This document shows, piece by piece, positions 14,901-23,871 of a DNA stretch of 32,444 bases. Origin of the DNA: a virus (taxonomy: Duplodnaviria > Caudoviricetes); the IMG/VR virus record IMGVR_UViG_3300032218_001589, positions 1-32,444 of that record; one strand, 5' to 3'. Both the position numbers and the translations under genes were made by a program. The notes under the pieces are model-generated. The model had not been told where the DNA came from. It searched no databases and saw only the letters and a list, made by a program, of their open reading frames with translations. Positions within the stretch are counted from its first letter, which is position 1. The number at the start of each line of letters is the position of its first letter.

Positions 14901-16025
14901 CCGATTGTTTGCCGTTGCTTTTCCGCGAAGTTCCACATAAATGCGGTCCGTAAGAGCCAATGTGGTCTGGGGAAGAACTGCGCTAACAACGTATTGAGCC
15001 GTGACAGAAGGATCATAAATACTAACGTCATCAGATGTTGCTAACAAGGTGGGCGCATTTGTCCCGTCGTATTTGTAAACCCAAAGCTGAACAATGGTTT
15101 GGTTGGCAGAATTTGCATTGCTACTGGCCCAAAGGTTTAGGTCAAACAGCCCTGCCGGCATAGCCGTGGTGTCGGGGTCTAATGTGTGAGACACAAATCC
15201 GGCGATAAGATCATATGCTGTTTGCGAAAGAGTTGCGGATGTAATTGTCGTGCCCGCTACTTCAGCCGTTCGCCCCAATTCTTTGGGAGTACCTGGCAAA
15301 TTGATAATCGGAGACTGTCCTGCAATTCCAGCATTTAAATAAAACACCAACCCTCCACCTCCCGATCCCCCTGACGGAATATCTCCCGGTACCCAGGCAG
15401 TGCCAGACCATTGCAACGTCTGCCCATTTGATGGCGCGGCATTGGATAAAGAGCGCCCCTGCAACTGCACAACAGTTGTCGCCGGATTGCCTGCGGATGA
15501 AGTAACATCTCCCGTCAAAGCCGCCACTTGAGTGGTTGTCAAAGTGCCAGCCGTGAGCGTTGCCAATCCAGCGCGTTCACTGGTTGCCATTGCCCCGATT
15601 GCGGACGGGGTGATTTGGGCAATTTGACTGCTTGTAAGCGCGGGAATTTGCGCGCTGGCAAGTTTGCCACTTCCATCTAAAGTAGCAACGCCATTAAGCG
15701 CGCCAAGTTGAGCCGTGTTGACTTTGGCATTCAGCGCCGAATCTAGCCCGCTAATTTGCGCGGTTGTAATTGTAGGCAGTTGCGAAGTTTTGAGGTGAGC
15801 GTTGCCATCCAATGTGGCAACAGTGACGCCGAGTTGAGCCGTATCAACCTTAGCGGCCAATGCTGTATCGAGCCCAGTAATCTGCGCTGTCGTAATGGCT
15901 GGAAACTCATGAACGTGGTCGGCGCGCGCGTATTGATTTGATGTTCCCGCCGTTGCAGTGCCAAGAGGCTGAGGAGCAGCATCACTGCCCGCATTTACCA
16001 TGTCGCCTGTGGGTTTGTTCAACAT
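11943..16025 (-). CDS. large tail fibre/adhesin-like protein (1360 aa)
   Basis: YARADHVH, repeated NGVATLD-GKL--SQLP units, G-L-IANGGTG repeats, and C-terminal YVCVATNTWRKAAL. Confidence 0.8.
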   Translation of the reverse strand: MLNKPTGDMVNAGSDAAPQPLGTATAGTSNQYARADHVHEFPAITTAQITGLDTALAAKVDTAQLGVTVATLDGNAHLKTSQLPTITTAQISGLDSALNAKVNTAQLGALNGVATLDGSGKLASAQIPALTSSQIAQITPSAIGAMATSERAGLATLTAGTLTTTQVAALTGDVTSSAGNPATTVVQLQGRSLSNAAPSNGQTLQWSGTAWVPGDIPSGGSGGGGLVFYLNAGIAGQSPIINLPGTPKELGRTAEVAGTTITSATLSQTAYDLIAGFVSHTLDPDTTAMPAGLFDLNLWASSNANSANQTIVQLWVYKYDGTNAPTLLATSDDVSIYDPSVTAQYVVSAVLPQTTLALTDRIYVELRGKATANNRTITLNFGDSKPTHLHTTLPSVGGSGLVKVINGVFQSPASLLVNADVDAAAAIAVSKVAGAVTTTQLAAYVLLSQKGAASGVATLDSGSKLTTSQLPTIGTSQVSGFGSANGFATLDAQSRLATNQLPTITTGQITGLGSALDAKVNTSQLGALNGVAQLDGAGKLATSQIPPLTTSQIAQITPSGIGAVATSSLTTSATANGVPQLTGAGTLSTSQLASISGLPSGPQGSSTVVPVVTVDDKGRVTALSTANIAATGGGLNNVETFVYQETYPATMNTGVTPNTLTLTASGPLGQYSFGGYGYAIAANDTAVLSYQADGTQDGPWQLVSDGTQLSGIFTATWSVGSRYIYVTSNNISSIQVGMSCVGPTSFTGSAGLIITDVNIPGNTLTIAGTTSNSSLGVSGLSINATGAVFERPTWFSGSVKPQAAMVRFGTYQGNIININGYILSGSTVLPLPYDISVGTDLIYAYRASVGAVPATLGYLQTTLDTTQLPSLTGTNYSGVLPLARGGTGQSTQQAALNALAGTQTANRVLRSNGTNTTLSQVALTTDVTGALPIANGGTGQTSAQAGLNALVGTQTANRVLRSDGTNTSLSQLALGTDVTGTLTVGNGGTGATTLTGLIKGSGTSALSAATAGTDYVVPSGSITGTASNVTGVVAIANGGTGASNSADAKMAMGGIQTVQLRYDTAVPINGSGTVTLTTTSGSASVSYSNPSIQLAIGMSFSNAGTTAAVVKSIDTGTGAPGTSGTLTLSVIASASGGPTSGTIYATNTAWTSTSAPTIDGRTPVTGDIVVLTAQVVSALRGPWVITNNTTSYTFARPSWFSGNLASQMMFYVQYGTVFSGSVISVQPQVGILTGTTTIGIDGLSVTTTVSARASNAVLASNTFTGLQNFAANSPTGSAPFKFGGSGSGLNTTAVAHQVEWDGTFMYNTTAGAVRSQQAAFIPAPATATSTGTAGQVAYDSTSIYVCVATNTWRKAALATF

Positions 16026-16027
16026 AA

Positions 16028-19000
16028 TTACAGAGTAGAAATATTTGCGCCGAGAGTATTTACGAAATTAATGATCTCGTTGATCTTATCTTTGTACGTT
16101 GTAGAGACGGTGGCGTTTAATGACCCAAGATCAACTCCGCCTATTAGTATTTGATCTGCGGAAGCGGTTATGTCTGTGCCAATGCATATTCCTCCGTGTC
16201 CAGCATTTGCATGGTATCCAATACTGATGCCATTATTGCTATAACCTCCGCTTCCTCCTCCCGCTGCATATCCAATGGATACACCATATTGACCTGCTAA
16301 AGAACCGCTTCCAATAGCTACTCCTCCTCCTGAAGAATTATTTGAGCTTGCACCAATTGCAACAGATGCGCCTCCTGCTGCGGTTGCTCCATTTCCGAAT
16401 GCGGTGTCAGTACCCGCAGGGGAGACAACTAATGCATTAAGATCAATTCCGCCGATAATTACTTGATTGTCACCAGCAGAAACTCCATTGCCGATAGCAA
16501 TTCCATTAGTTCCAGAAGTTGCATTTGCTCCAATATTTATTCCATCATTGGTGCCGCCCGTTCCCCCTGCTCCATACCCCATTGAAATACCATACTGGCC
16601 TGCCAAAGCATTAACGCCAATCGCGATCCCTTGGCCTGTTGGGTTATTTGCCCCCGATCCTATTACGGTTGATTCTCCGCTCGACCCTGCATTTGCGTTT
16701 AAGCCCAACGCCGTGTTGTTTGTTGTCGGAGCCGGGATTAATGCAAGCGGAGTGTAATTGCTGCCATTAAACACTAGCCCTTGCCCTGTGGATGGCCCAG
16801 TATCCGATACTGGCGTGCCTTGAATTGAGGTAGCGTCAGAACTAGAAGAGGCTGTTAAGATTCCAATCTTCGTCCAGTACTCAGGAGAACTTTCTGGAGT
16901 TTGCCCAGATGTTGACTGTAATGCTACCCAAAGCCCATTTTGGTATGTCACCAAATTGTCTTTTATATAAGCAGTAGATTGATTGTATTCGCCTTGGTAA
17001 GAAGTAGTGCCATCTTGCCCCGGAATCCCTTGCGGTCCCTGATCGCCTTGATTGCCCTTAGGGCCTTGAATTCCTTGTACTCCCTGAATTCCCTGAATTC
17101 CTTGATTCCCCTGTGGTCCTTGCGTTGCAGGCTGGGGCTCCCATTGTTGAGCAGTGTCATTCCATGTCAGCGCATAGCCATCTGTTGGCGCAGTGGTTGC
17201 AATTTTGTAAAGTTGAAGACTAACCGCATCTGCGGGAGCTGGCTGCCACCAAGTAGGAGAGATTGTTGGATCATTTCCCGTATTGTCATTGGCAATGCAA
17301 ATCCACATTGAGTCGCGTTGCGCAGTGGTTACAATGTCACCTTGTTTGTAGGTGGTTGACGAAACCCAAACCTGACCGCCTACACTGCTAGGTGCCAATG
17401 TGGCGGGAAGCCACTTTTGTTCGCCATCATTCCATGTTAGCGCCTGCCCATCTGCCGGGGTATTTGAGGCAATATCTCTGCCTTGTAATTGAATGGCATT
17501 TCCATTGCCACCCGAGATGGATAGTGGCGTCCAAGTACTGCGCGCGGCATCCCATGCCAACGCTTGCCCGTCAGTAGGAGCTGAGGTCGCCACTGCCCTG
17601 CCTTGCAACGAATGCGCGTCAGATGCGCTGGCACCTACAAACGCGCGAACGACAATAGGAACGCCGTTTGCGGGAGCGTTTGAGAATATAATTGTGCCAC
17701 CGTTTGATGCACTAATCGTGTAGTTAGTTGTCGGTAGCTGATCAATGCCGCCAATGCTTGCGGAATAACTACCAACATTCGTATCAGTATACCCTTGTAT
17801 GGGGTAAAAGCTCGCCTGAGTGCCGTCGCCTGTAAATTGACTGATCGAACTGCCTGTCAAAATTGTAACCGTGCCGGGATCGCCTTTGTCACCCTTTTGA
17901 AGCACAAAATCAAACACCGCATCACTAGAGGTTCCAGTATTTGTGACGCTAACAACATCTCCGCTGGATACATTTCCAACCGCAATAGTGGCGGCAGTTC
18001 CAGCATTTCCTTGCGGCCCTTGCGCGCCAGTATCCCCCTTGGGGCCAGCCGCTCCGGGGTTTCCCGTGTCGCCTTTTGCCCCAGCCGTTCCTTGCACTCC
18101 TTGAACCCCTTGTATTCCTTGTTGTCCTTGTGCAAGACCAAAATTAAAAACAGCCGCTGAACTGGTTCCCGAATTAGTAACTGTAGGCGTTGAGCCTGTT
18201 GGCAGGTTAGTAACGGTGCCAACTGCTATAGATGCCGCAGCTCCCGGCGTTCCGGGTGTTCCTGTATCTCCCTTGGCGCCCGTTGCGCCAATATCCCCGC
18301 GAGGGATGGTAAAATTAAAAACAGCCGCTGAACTGGTTCCCGAATTAGTGACATTTGCACTTGATCCAGGTGCGCCGGTGTTGGTGGACCCCACTGAAAC
18401 CGTTGACGATGCCCCCGCATTTCCCGTGTCACCTTTAGGGCCTTGAGCACCCACATCCCCGCGCGGAATGGTGAAATTGAAAATGGCAGCTGAAGTGCTG
18501 CCAGAATTGACAACAGAAGCTGAGGATTCTGGTGCGCCGGTGTTTACAACGCCAACATTAACAGAGGCTGCATTTCCGGGATTTCCTTGCGGTCCTTGCG
18601 CGCCAGTGTCGCCTTTTGCCCCAGAAACCAATCCAAAATTAAATGTTGCCGCCGTGCTTGTGCCCACATTGACCACTGTGGGTGTTTGCCCAGGATCTAA
18701 TGCAGTAACAGTGCCAACTTCAATCGTTGCCGCAATGCCCGGATCCCCTTGTTTACCAACAGCGCCGGCAAGATTAACTGTCCAATCCGTACCTGTGCCA
18801 TACCCAGTGGCGTCGCTAATTGCAGCCACCATTACTCCCGTAGCGGGATTGTAGGTAGTCACAGTGCCATGCATTACGCCAATTGTTGGCGAGGCAACCA
18901 CAATAGGTTGTGCTGTAGTATATGCCAACCCCAAGGGCAACACTGTAAATGTATGTGTGCCAACAGTTGCTTGCATTGATGTTGCTGACGTGCCTGCATA

Positions 19001-19132
19001 ACGATCTCCAGGCGTGCCAGCATTCCCTTGCGGGCCTTGTGGCCCCACTGGTCCCTGTGGACCACCCGGGATTCCTGGTGCTCCAGTCAAAAGCTCAATG
19101 GCAATGATGCCACAATCTGAATTGCAACTCAT
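16028..19132 (-). CDS. collagen-like fibre protein with CBM5/12-like and YadA-head-like repeats (1034 aa)
   Basis: G-X-Y runs alternate with VGTV...NSGTSSAAVFNF units. Also W...Y.QGDIVT modules and GIAIG repeats. Confidence 0.8.
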   Translation of the reverse strand: MSCNSDCGIIAIELLTGAPGIPGGPQGPVGPQGPQGNAGTPGDRYAGTSATSMQATVGTHTFTVLPLGLAYTTAQPIVVASPTIGVMHGTVTTYNPATGVMVAAISDATGYGTGTDWTVNLAGAVGKQGDPGIAATIEVGTVTALDPGQTPTVVNVGTSTAATFNFGLVSGAKGDTGAQGPQGNPGNAASVNVGVVNTGAPESSASVVNSGSTSAAIFNFTIPRGDVGAQGPKGDTGNAGASSTVSVGSTNTGAPGSSANVTNSGTSSAAVFNFTIPRGDIGATGAKGDTGTPGTPGAAASIAVGTVTNLPTGSTPTVTNSGTSSAAVFNFGLAQGQQGIQGVQGVQGTAGAKGDTGNPGAAGPKGDTGAQGPQGNAGTAATIAVGNVSSGDVVSVTNTGTSSDAVFDFVLQKGDKGDPGTVTILTGSSISQFTGDGTQASFYPIQGYTDTNVGSYSASIGGIDQLPTTNYTISASNGGTIIFSNAPANGVPIVVRAFVGASASDAHSLQGRAVATSAPTDGQALAWDAARSTWTPLSISGGNGNAIQLQGRDIASNTPADGQALTWNDGEQKWLPATLAPSSVGGQVWVSSTTYKQGDIVTTAQRDSMWICIANDNTGNDPTISPTWWQPAPADAVSLQLYKIATTAPTDGYALTWNDTAQQWEPQPATQGPQGNQGIQGIQGVQGIQGPKGNQGDQGPQGIPGQDGTTSYQGEYNQSTAYIKDNLVTYQNGLWVALQSTSGQTPESSPEYWTKIGILTASSSSDATSIQGTPVSDTGPSTGQGLVFNGSNYTPLALIPAPTTNNTALGLNANAGSSGESTVIGSGANNPTGQGIAIGVNALAGQYGISMGYGAGGTGGTNDGINIGANATSGTNGIAIGNGVSAGDNQVIIGGIDLNALVVSPAGTDTAFGNGATAAGGASVAIGASSNNSSGGGVAIGSGSLAGQYGVSIGYAAGGGSGGYSNNGISIGYHANAGHGGICIGTDITASADQILIGGVDLGSLNATVSTTYKDKINEIINFVNTLGANISTL
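18140..18349. repeat. exact 39-bp direct repeat (18140-18178 and 18311-18349)
   Basis: AAAATTAAAAACAGCCGCTGAACTGGTTCCCGAATTAGT occurs twice. Confidence 0.9.
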
Positions 19133-19135
19133 GGT

Positions 19136-19444
19136 TTAAACAATGGTGGCGCCCCCAGCAACAAGGCGCATTTTGTAATGATCGGAGCGTGTTGCCCAAA
19201 TTTCCCAGTGCGCTGATTGCGCAGGCAAAGAAAGTGTGACGCTATTTGTCAGCTGAAAAGAAACGCAATCCGTTGCCACCAAAATAGCTGGTATTGTTTG
19301 AAAAATATGTCCTGCCGAATTTATCAAATATGCAACAAAACTCCAATCCGTCAGGTCAAGATTTTCCTGAGACGTGCGAAGGCGAAGCCCGACAGTCCAA
19401 TCCGCTCCGCGCTCAATAGTCGTGGATATGTCGGTTGCTACCAT
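19136..19444 (-). CDS. BppU-N-like fibre adaptor (102 aa)
   Basis: TIERGADW...LDLTDWSF...LT..VTLSL...WEI...RLVAG pattern, just upstream of the fibres. Start MVATD. Confidence 0.6.
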   Translation of the reverse strand: MVATDISTTIERGADWTVGLRLRTSQENLDLTDWSFVAYLINSAGHIFQTIPAILVATDCVSFQLTNSVTLSLPAQSAHWEIWATRSDHYKMRLVAGGATIV

Positions 19445-19457
19445 ATAAAGAGCAGTT

Positions 19458-19685
19458 TTATGAAGCACCCCAACCGTCTGCCATTGAGTCGCAACACCCA
19501 CTAATACGGTCAGCAGATGTCGGCCATGCGCGTTCCCAGCGCATCTCATCATCAACGGAATGATGTTTGCCTAATTTACACGGAGAAATTGGTTCAAGCA
19601 ATCTAAATTTGTCGACGCATTTGTCAGATATTTCGCAGTTTAAACAAGTTTGATGCCTTTTTTGCGCTATCCATCGAGGTATCAT
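19458..19685 (-). CDS. Cys-rich small protein in the tail module (75 aa)
   Basis: RHQTCLNC...C...CKLGKH...CC; ATGA-coupled. Confidence 0.6.
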   Translation of the reverse strand: MIPRWIAQKRHQTCLNCEISDKCVDKFRLLEPISPCKLGKHHSVDDEMRWERAWPTSADRISGCCDSMADGWGAS

Positions 19686-20305
19686 GTAATATTGAGCGTT
19701 GTCATTGTTGCAGTGCCCACTTCAACTGGAGTAATTGGTGCCCCTGAATATGCGACCAAATACACTATTCCAGTTTGCCCTTGTTTAAATTTGAGTGAGA
19801 ATTGAAACCCAAACAATCCTTGCCCGTCAGAAACACCAAAACCGCTGCGAACTAGATTTGATGTATTTGATGCCACAAAATGGTTCGCTTCCCAAGTACT
19901 GCGTGCGCGCGCAATAAAAGGATCAGCTTCTGCCCAAGGATATGGAGTTCCAAAAATGCCATCGGCAATACCTGCTTGCAGTGTTTGAGATCCTTGCGTG
20001 AACGTCACCGGATTTGTCGGTGAGTTGTACATTTTAGGAATGTTGTACAATGTAAATCGATCACACAAATACCCCACTCGAAAAATAGGAGGCAGCCAGT
20101 AATAGTTTTCGTCAGGAACTTTTGGAGTGTGATTACACTCCATTTCCCTGTGATTTGGGGTCAAGAATTTTGTGTTTGGATCAACGCTGATTGGAACAAT
20201 TTCCCCAGCAACACTCCAGTCGCCATAAACCCCCGAATACTGAGCGTTAATTGTAATATCGTAATAAACGTGAGTTATCCCGTATCTAAATTCGTGACAA
20301 TTCAT
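19682..20305 (-). CDS. putative tail/baseplate protein (207 aa)
   Basis: Position between tape measure and fibres; beta-rich composition. Confidence 0.5.
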   Translation of the reverse strand: MNCHEFRYGITHVYYDITINAQYSGVYGDWSVAGEIVPISVDPNTKFLTPNHREMECNHTPKVPDENYYWLPPIFRVGYLCDRFTLYNIPKMYNSPTNPVTFTQGSQTLQAGIADGIFGTPYPWAEADPFIARARSTWEANHFVASNTSNLVRSGFGVSDGQGLFGFQFSLKFKQGQTGIVYLVAYSGAPITPVEVGTATMTTLNIT

Positions 20306-20851
20306 TTATGCACCCCATTTAAGGTTGCAAGGATTGGGAATAATTTGTGCACATACGTTTGTGATGTTGGTAATTTTTGTGCCTGTCACAACAATTGTCG
20401 CAACCAAAACGTATTCTTCATCCACAGTGTTTTCTTGAAGATCGTTTGACTGCAAAAATGTAATAGCATCACTGTTTGAATCCAAAATTACATCATTTGG
20501 CACATACTGAAGTTTGCAATAAATGTAGCAAGATTGCGAAATTTCCAAAATGTACGGAGGACCGCCTAACGACATCCCATCCGGCCAACGTCCTGCAACA
20601 AGACCTTGCGTCACCTCTACTTTAAGCATTGTGCCAATAGAAGCATCAGTAACTTCAAACGGGCAAACACTTTTTTGTGTTGTTCCGCCTGAAGCAGTTC
20701 CAGGGGAAATGCTTAAAGATGTGCCCGCAGGTGTTTTATTAACAAAATATCCATTGCCTGGAGTGACTTCATTAGCGCGAACAGCATCGACAATCGCATT
20801 TAACTTGTCTGAAGTAATCGGTTCCCCGCGTTGAAAATAACGCAAAAACAT
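20306..20851 (-). CDS. putative tail protein (181 aa)
   Basis: N-terminal GEPITSDKLNAIVD motif typical of tail proteins; context. Confidence 0.55.
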   Translation of the reverse strand: MFLRYFQRGEPITSDKLNAIVDAVRANEVTPGNGYFVNKTPAGTSLSISPGTASGGTTQKSVCPFEVTDASIGTMLKVEVTQGLVAGRWPDGMSLGGPPYILEISQSCYIYCKLQYVPNDVILDSNSDAITFLQSNDLQENTVDEEYVLVATIVVTGTKITNITNVCAQIIPNPCNLKWGA

Positions 20852-20853
20852 AA

Positions 20854-21522
20854 TTAGTTTGCCGCATAAATTGGACCACTCCAGCCTTCAGCAGATCCTG
20901 GATTTGACCCAAGCCATTCATAAGTGTTACGCCAGAATTCTCCTTCTTGTTGCCCATGCACAGAAGACAAAATAAAATTCATTGTTTGTGGCACTTTAAC
21001 TCCAGACCCTTCCCAGCCTGCATCAATTTTTCCCACATTTGTCATGTCAGGTGGACCTTCTTCCAATTCTGTCATTCTAACTGTAATTCTTGATGCGTAG
21101 TATGACTCTATTCCAGAAGAATAAAGTGGGTAAAAAATTGCGAAGTATTCATCTTTTACACCATCCAATTCGGGAGTCCAATATGCGCCATCTGATCCAG
21201 AATTTTTCTTAAGAAGCGAATCAGCCATTGGGTTTCGCTTCCATGTTGCCCATTTGTCTTTAACACCTTGAGCAGTTCCTGCAAATAATTTGTGGCTTTC
21301 AAGTGGTTCACTAGACACTGAACCATCAGCAGAATATTGAGGATGTCCTTGACTTAAAAGAAACTCTTCGACCAAAGTGTAAACGCCATCAACTTGCTCT
21401 TTTCTGTAAGATCGCGCATTAGGATTTACAGTAATATCATCGGGCGATTGCCGAGTGATTGTTTGCAGTACAATTTTTTGAATGTCTTGTGATTCTTCAA
21501 TTTTAGTTTGAATGACAGCCAT
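20854..21522 (-). CDS. putative distal tail protein (222 aa)
   Basis: Immediately after the tape measure; context only. Confidence 0.5.
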   Translation of the reverse strand: MAVIQTKIEESQDIQKIVLQTITRQSPDDITVNPNARSYRKEQVDGVYTLVEEFLLSQGHPQYSADGSVSSEPLESHKLFAGTAQGVKDKWATWKRNPMADSLLKKNSGSDGAYWTPELDGVKDEYFAIFYPLYSSGIESYYASRITVRMTELEEGPPDMTNVGKIDAGWEGSGVKVPQTMNFILSSVHGQQEGEFWRNTYEWLGSNPGSAEGWSGPIYAAN

Positions 21523-21526
21523 AAAT

Positions 21527-22891
21527 TTAAGCAGTTACCGCAACAGAAGAATTTCCGTAAATATCAATCATTGACGCGCGTCCTTGCGTTTCCCGAGAAG
21601 ATCGCAATGCTGACAACATTTGCTGCATGACACTGAGTTGCTCACGCTGAATGTTTAAACTGTCTGTGCCCATGCCAGAAGCACCACCTCCCACTTTTGC
21701 CAAAGACGCAAGAATGGGTTCAGGACGTTCAATTTTTAACGCTTTTTCTTCTCCTGTGCTGATAATTGCACCTTTTTTTATTTGTGGCCCTTCAGAGATT
21801 TGAGGGTAATTAAACAAAGTCGGCTTCGTTGCTTCTTGTTCTTCAGCATAGCCTGGAATTAGTTGTCGCTTTCTTTGTTCTTCGTATTCTTTCAGTTTAG
21901 CGGCCTGCATTTCTTTTCTTTCTGCTGGCACAGCCATTACAAATTTTAGCCTTTCGCTAAGTTCAAGTGCTTTATTAACACCAGCTCCTAACGCATCTCC
22001 AAATCTTTTTCCCAATCCTACCAGATCCATGCGTTCAATTTTGTCTGCCGCATCAGCCAACGCCGGCACAATTTCGGACGCCATGCCTAGGAAAAATCCA
22101 TCTAACGACGGCTTTAATCTAGCCACTGCTAATTGAAACCGTTGAAAAATATCACCTTGCTCTTCAATAATTTTAGCAGATTCAGGGTTTCGAGCTTCCA
22201 TTGCCCCAAAATTAGCTCCAGCAAGTGCCTGTCCTACCTTTGTACCCTTCTTGGCACCAAACGCCTCAGTAGCGGCATTTAAAGCGTCTGTTTTGTCAGT
22301 GGCGTTTGCTAATGCTGTTCCAATTAGTTTTAGCCCCTCATAGTAGCTTTTCCCTTTAAACGATTCCGCATTAAGCCCAATTTTTTCAAACGCTTTTGAT
22401 GCTTTGGATGCTGGATCATTTAATGTGGCAAGCGATTCACGCAAATGCGTCATCACTACTGGCACTTGATCAGCTTCTAATCCAACTTGATTAAATATCT
22501 TTTGAAGCGGAATCAGTTCAGAAACAAGCAATCCAGATTCGTCGGCAATGTTGCGCATTTCTTTGGCATGTGACATGGCTGACCACATTCCCCCGGCAGC
22601 CACTGCAACGCCTGCCATAGCTATTCCGACACCGCCTAAAACTGGTGCAAGCATTCCCATCGAGCCTGTTCCTTTAGACACGGTTGCCAAGGCTCCAACA
22701 ATGTTGCCGCTTGCTAATTGATCCCTAAGAGTAGAAAACGTGCCGCCTAAATTTTTGACGTCATTGTTGAGCTTTTCAAAAATTCCTTTTTTAGTGGTTT
22801 CTTCAAGGGATCGAATTGTGCTTTTTGCTTTTGCAATTCCAGAATCAAGACCCGCAGAGTCAACTCCCATTGAAAGCGTTACATCAGCCAT
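21527..22891 (-). CDS. tail tape measure protein (454 aa)
   Basis: MADVTLSMGVDSAGL start, Ala/Gly-rich helical body, AFEKIGL and EAFG motifs. Confidence 0.85.
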   Translation of the reverse strand: MADVTLSMGVDSAGLDSGIAKAKSTIRSLEETTKKGIFEKLNNDVKNLGGTFSTLRDQLASGNIVGALATVSKGTGSMGMLAPVLGGVGIAMAGVAVAAGGMWSAMSHAKEMRNIADESGLLVSELIPLQKIFNQVGLEADQVPVVMTHLRESLATLNDPASKASKAFEKIGLNAESFKGKSYYEGLKLIGTALANATDKTDALNAATEAFGAKKGTKVGQALAGANFGAMEARNPESAKIIEEQGDIFQRFQLAVARLKPSLDGFFLGMASEIVPALADAADKIERMDLVGLGKRFGDALGAGVNKALELSERLKFVMAVPAERKEMQAAKLKEYEEQRKRQLIPGYAEEQEATKPTLFNYPQISEGPQIKKGAIISTGEEKALKIERPEPILASLAKVGGGASGMGTDSLNIQREQLSVMQQMLSALRSSRETQGRASMIDIYGNSSVAVTA

Positions 22892-23639
22892 TGGTAAACA
22901 CTCCTTTCTTTTTTTGCGCGTCTTTTAGCGCTGCTGTTAAAATTCTTTTCATATTGTTTGCCTGCATATTCATTGCAATAGCGGCTCTACTTTGAAGCAC
23001 ATTTGCATTTGGATGATTTGTTCCGCAAATTGCAGTAATATAAAAAAAGTTTGGTGCATCATCAATTTTGCAAGTTGATCGTGCAAAAGATTGACTTGAA
23101 ATCCAAGAAGGAAGTGCAATCCCAAATTGAGATGCCGCTTTTATCCAACCAGCCGCAACATATCCTTGTCGTTTTTTTAATTGCTGAAATACAAATGATT
23201 TATTTGCTCCTGTAACGGCTCGATTTAAAGATCTAGAAATACGTTTGCGTTTATTTCTTACAGAAAGATACCAAGTAAGTGTCGTTTGAGGAGATTCATT
23301 TTTGTATTCTGCAAAATTAGTTAAAGGCTTTTTTAATGCCTTTGCTTGTTGCGGAGTCATAAACGCTTTATTGAGATCGTTTTTAATTGCAATCTCTCCC
23401 GCTTTTTTGCCGCCCGTAAAATCAATGCTGCCGGTATGTTGACCCTTGCTGTTTAATTTTAAAGACGCGCCTTCTCGACTGCCCATTGGAAAAGTAAGCG
23501 CAAGCATATTTCTTACCACACCTTTAAAATGAGTTTTAGCCTGATCTTTTGCGCTTCTTTTTCCAGTTAAAACAATAGCATTCAAAAGATTGTAAAATTC
23601 ATCCGTGCCTTGAATTTGAACTTCAATAAACTTCGCCAT
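22884..23639 (-). CDS. putative neck/tail completion protein (basic, ~251 aa)
   Basis: Basic protein with GYVAAGW motif and a GAGGAGG RBS. Start 23639 or 23645. Confidence 0.5.
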   Translation of the reverse strand: MAKFIEVQIQGTDEFYNLLNAIVLTGKRSAKDQAKTHFKGVVRNMLALTFPMGSREGASLKLNSKGQHTGSIDFTGGKKAGEIAIKNDLNKAFMTPQQAKALKKPLTNFAEYKNESPQTTLTWYLSVRNKRKRISRSLNRAVTGANKSFVFQQLKKRQGYVAAGWIKAASQFGIALPSWISSQSFARSTCKIDDAPNFFYITAICGTNHPNANVLQSRAAIAMNMQANNMKRILTAALKDAQKKKGVFTNG

Positions 23640-23871
23640 CGTCATCCTCCTCAAAAATAGGTTTGAAGTTTGCTAACAGTTCTTCAGCACTTTTCACCTT
23701 TTCTTTAGAAGCAGCCTTGCGAGTCCACGCCCCATTTGCCCAGAGCGCTGCATGATAATATTTCAGCATCCTAGCAAGTGGCGCGTTCATAATGTGGTCT
23801 TCACTCCATCCTGTTTCGCGGGCCAGGGTGATTACGAAACTTTCGCACCACTCTGGCCCATCAAGTTTCCC
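23623..23871 (-). CDS. -1 frameshift extension of the tail assembly chaperone (gpGT-like, 80 extra aa)
   Basis: In-frame G-GGA-AAC at 23871-23865. The -1 frame is open to TGA at 23623 (LARETGWSEDHIMNAPL...). Confidence 0.85.
   Translation of the reverse strand, partial: GKLDGPEWCESFVITLARETGWSEDHIMNAPLARMLKYYHAALWANGAWTRKAASKEKVKSAEELLANFKPIFEEDDDGEVY

Noticed and set aside
11943-19132. Diversity-generating retroelement or invertible fibre cassette
   Set aside because: No reverse transcriptase or recombinase, and no adenine-specific TR/VR pair noticed; the repeats are in-frame protein repeats.
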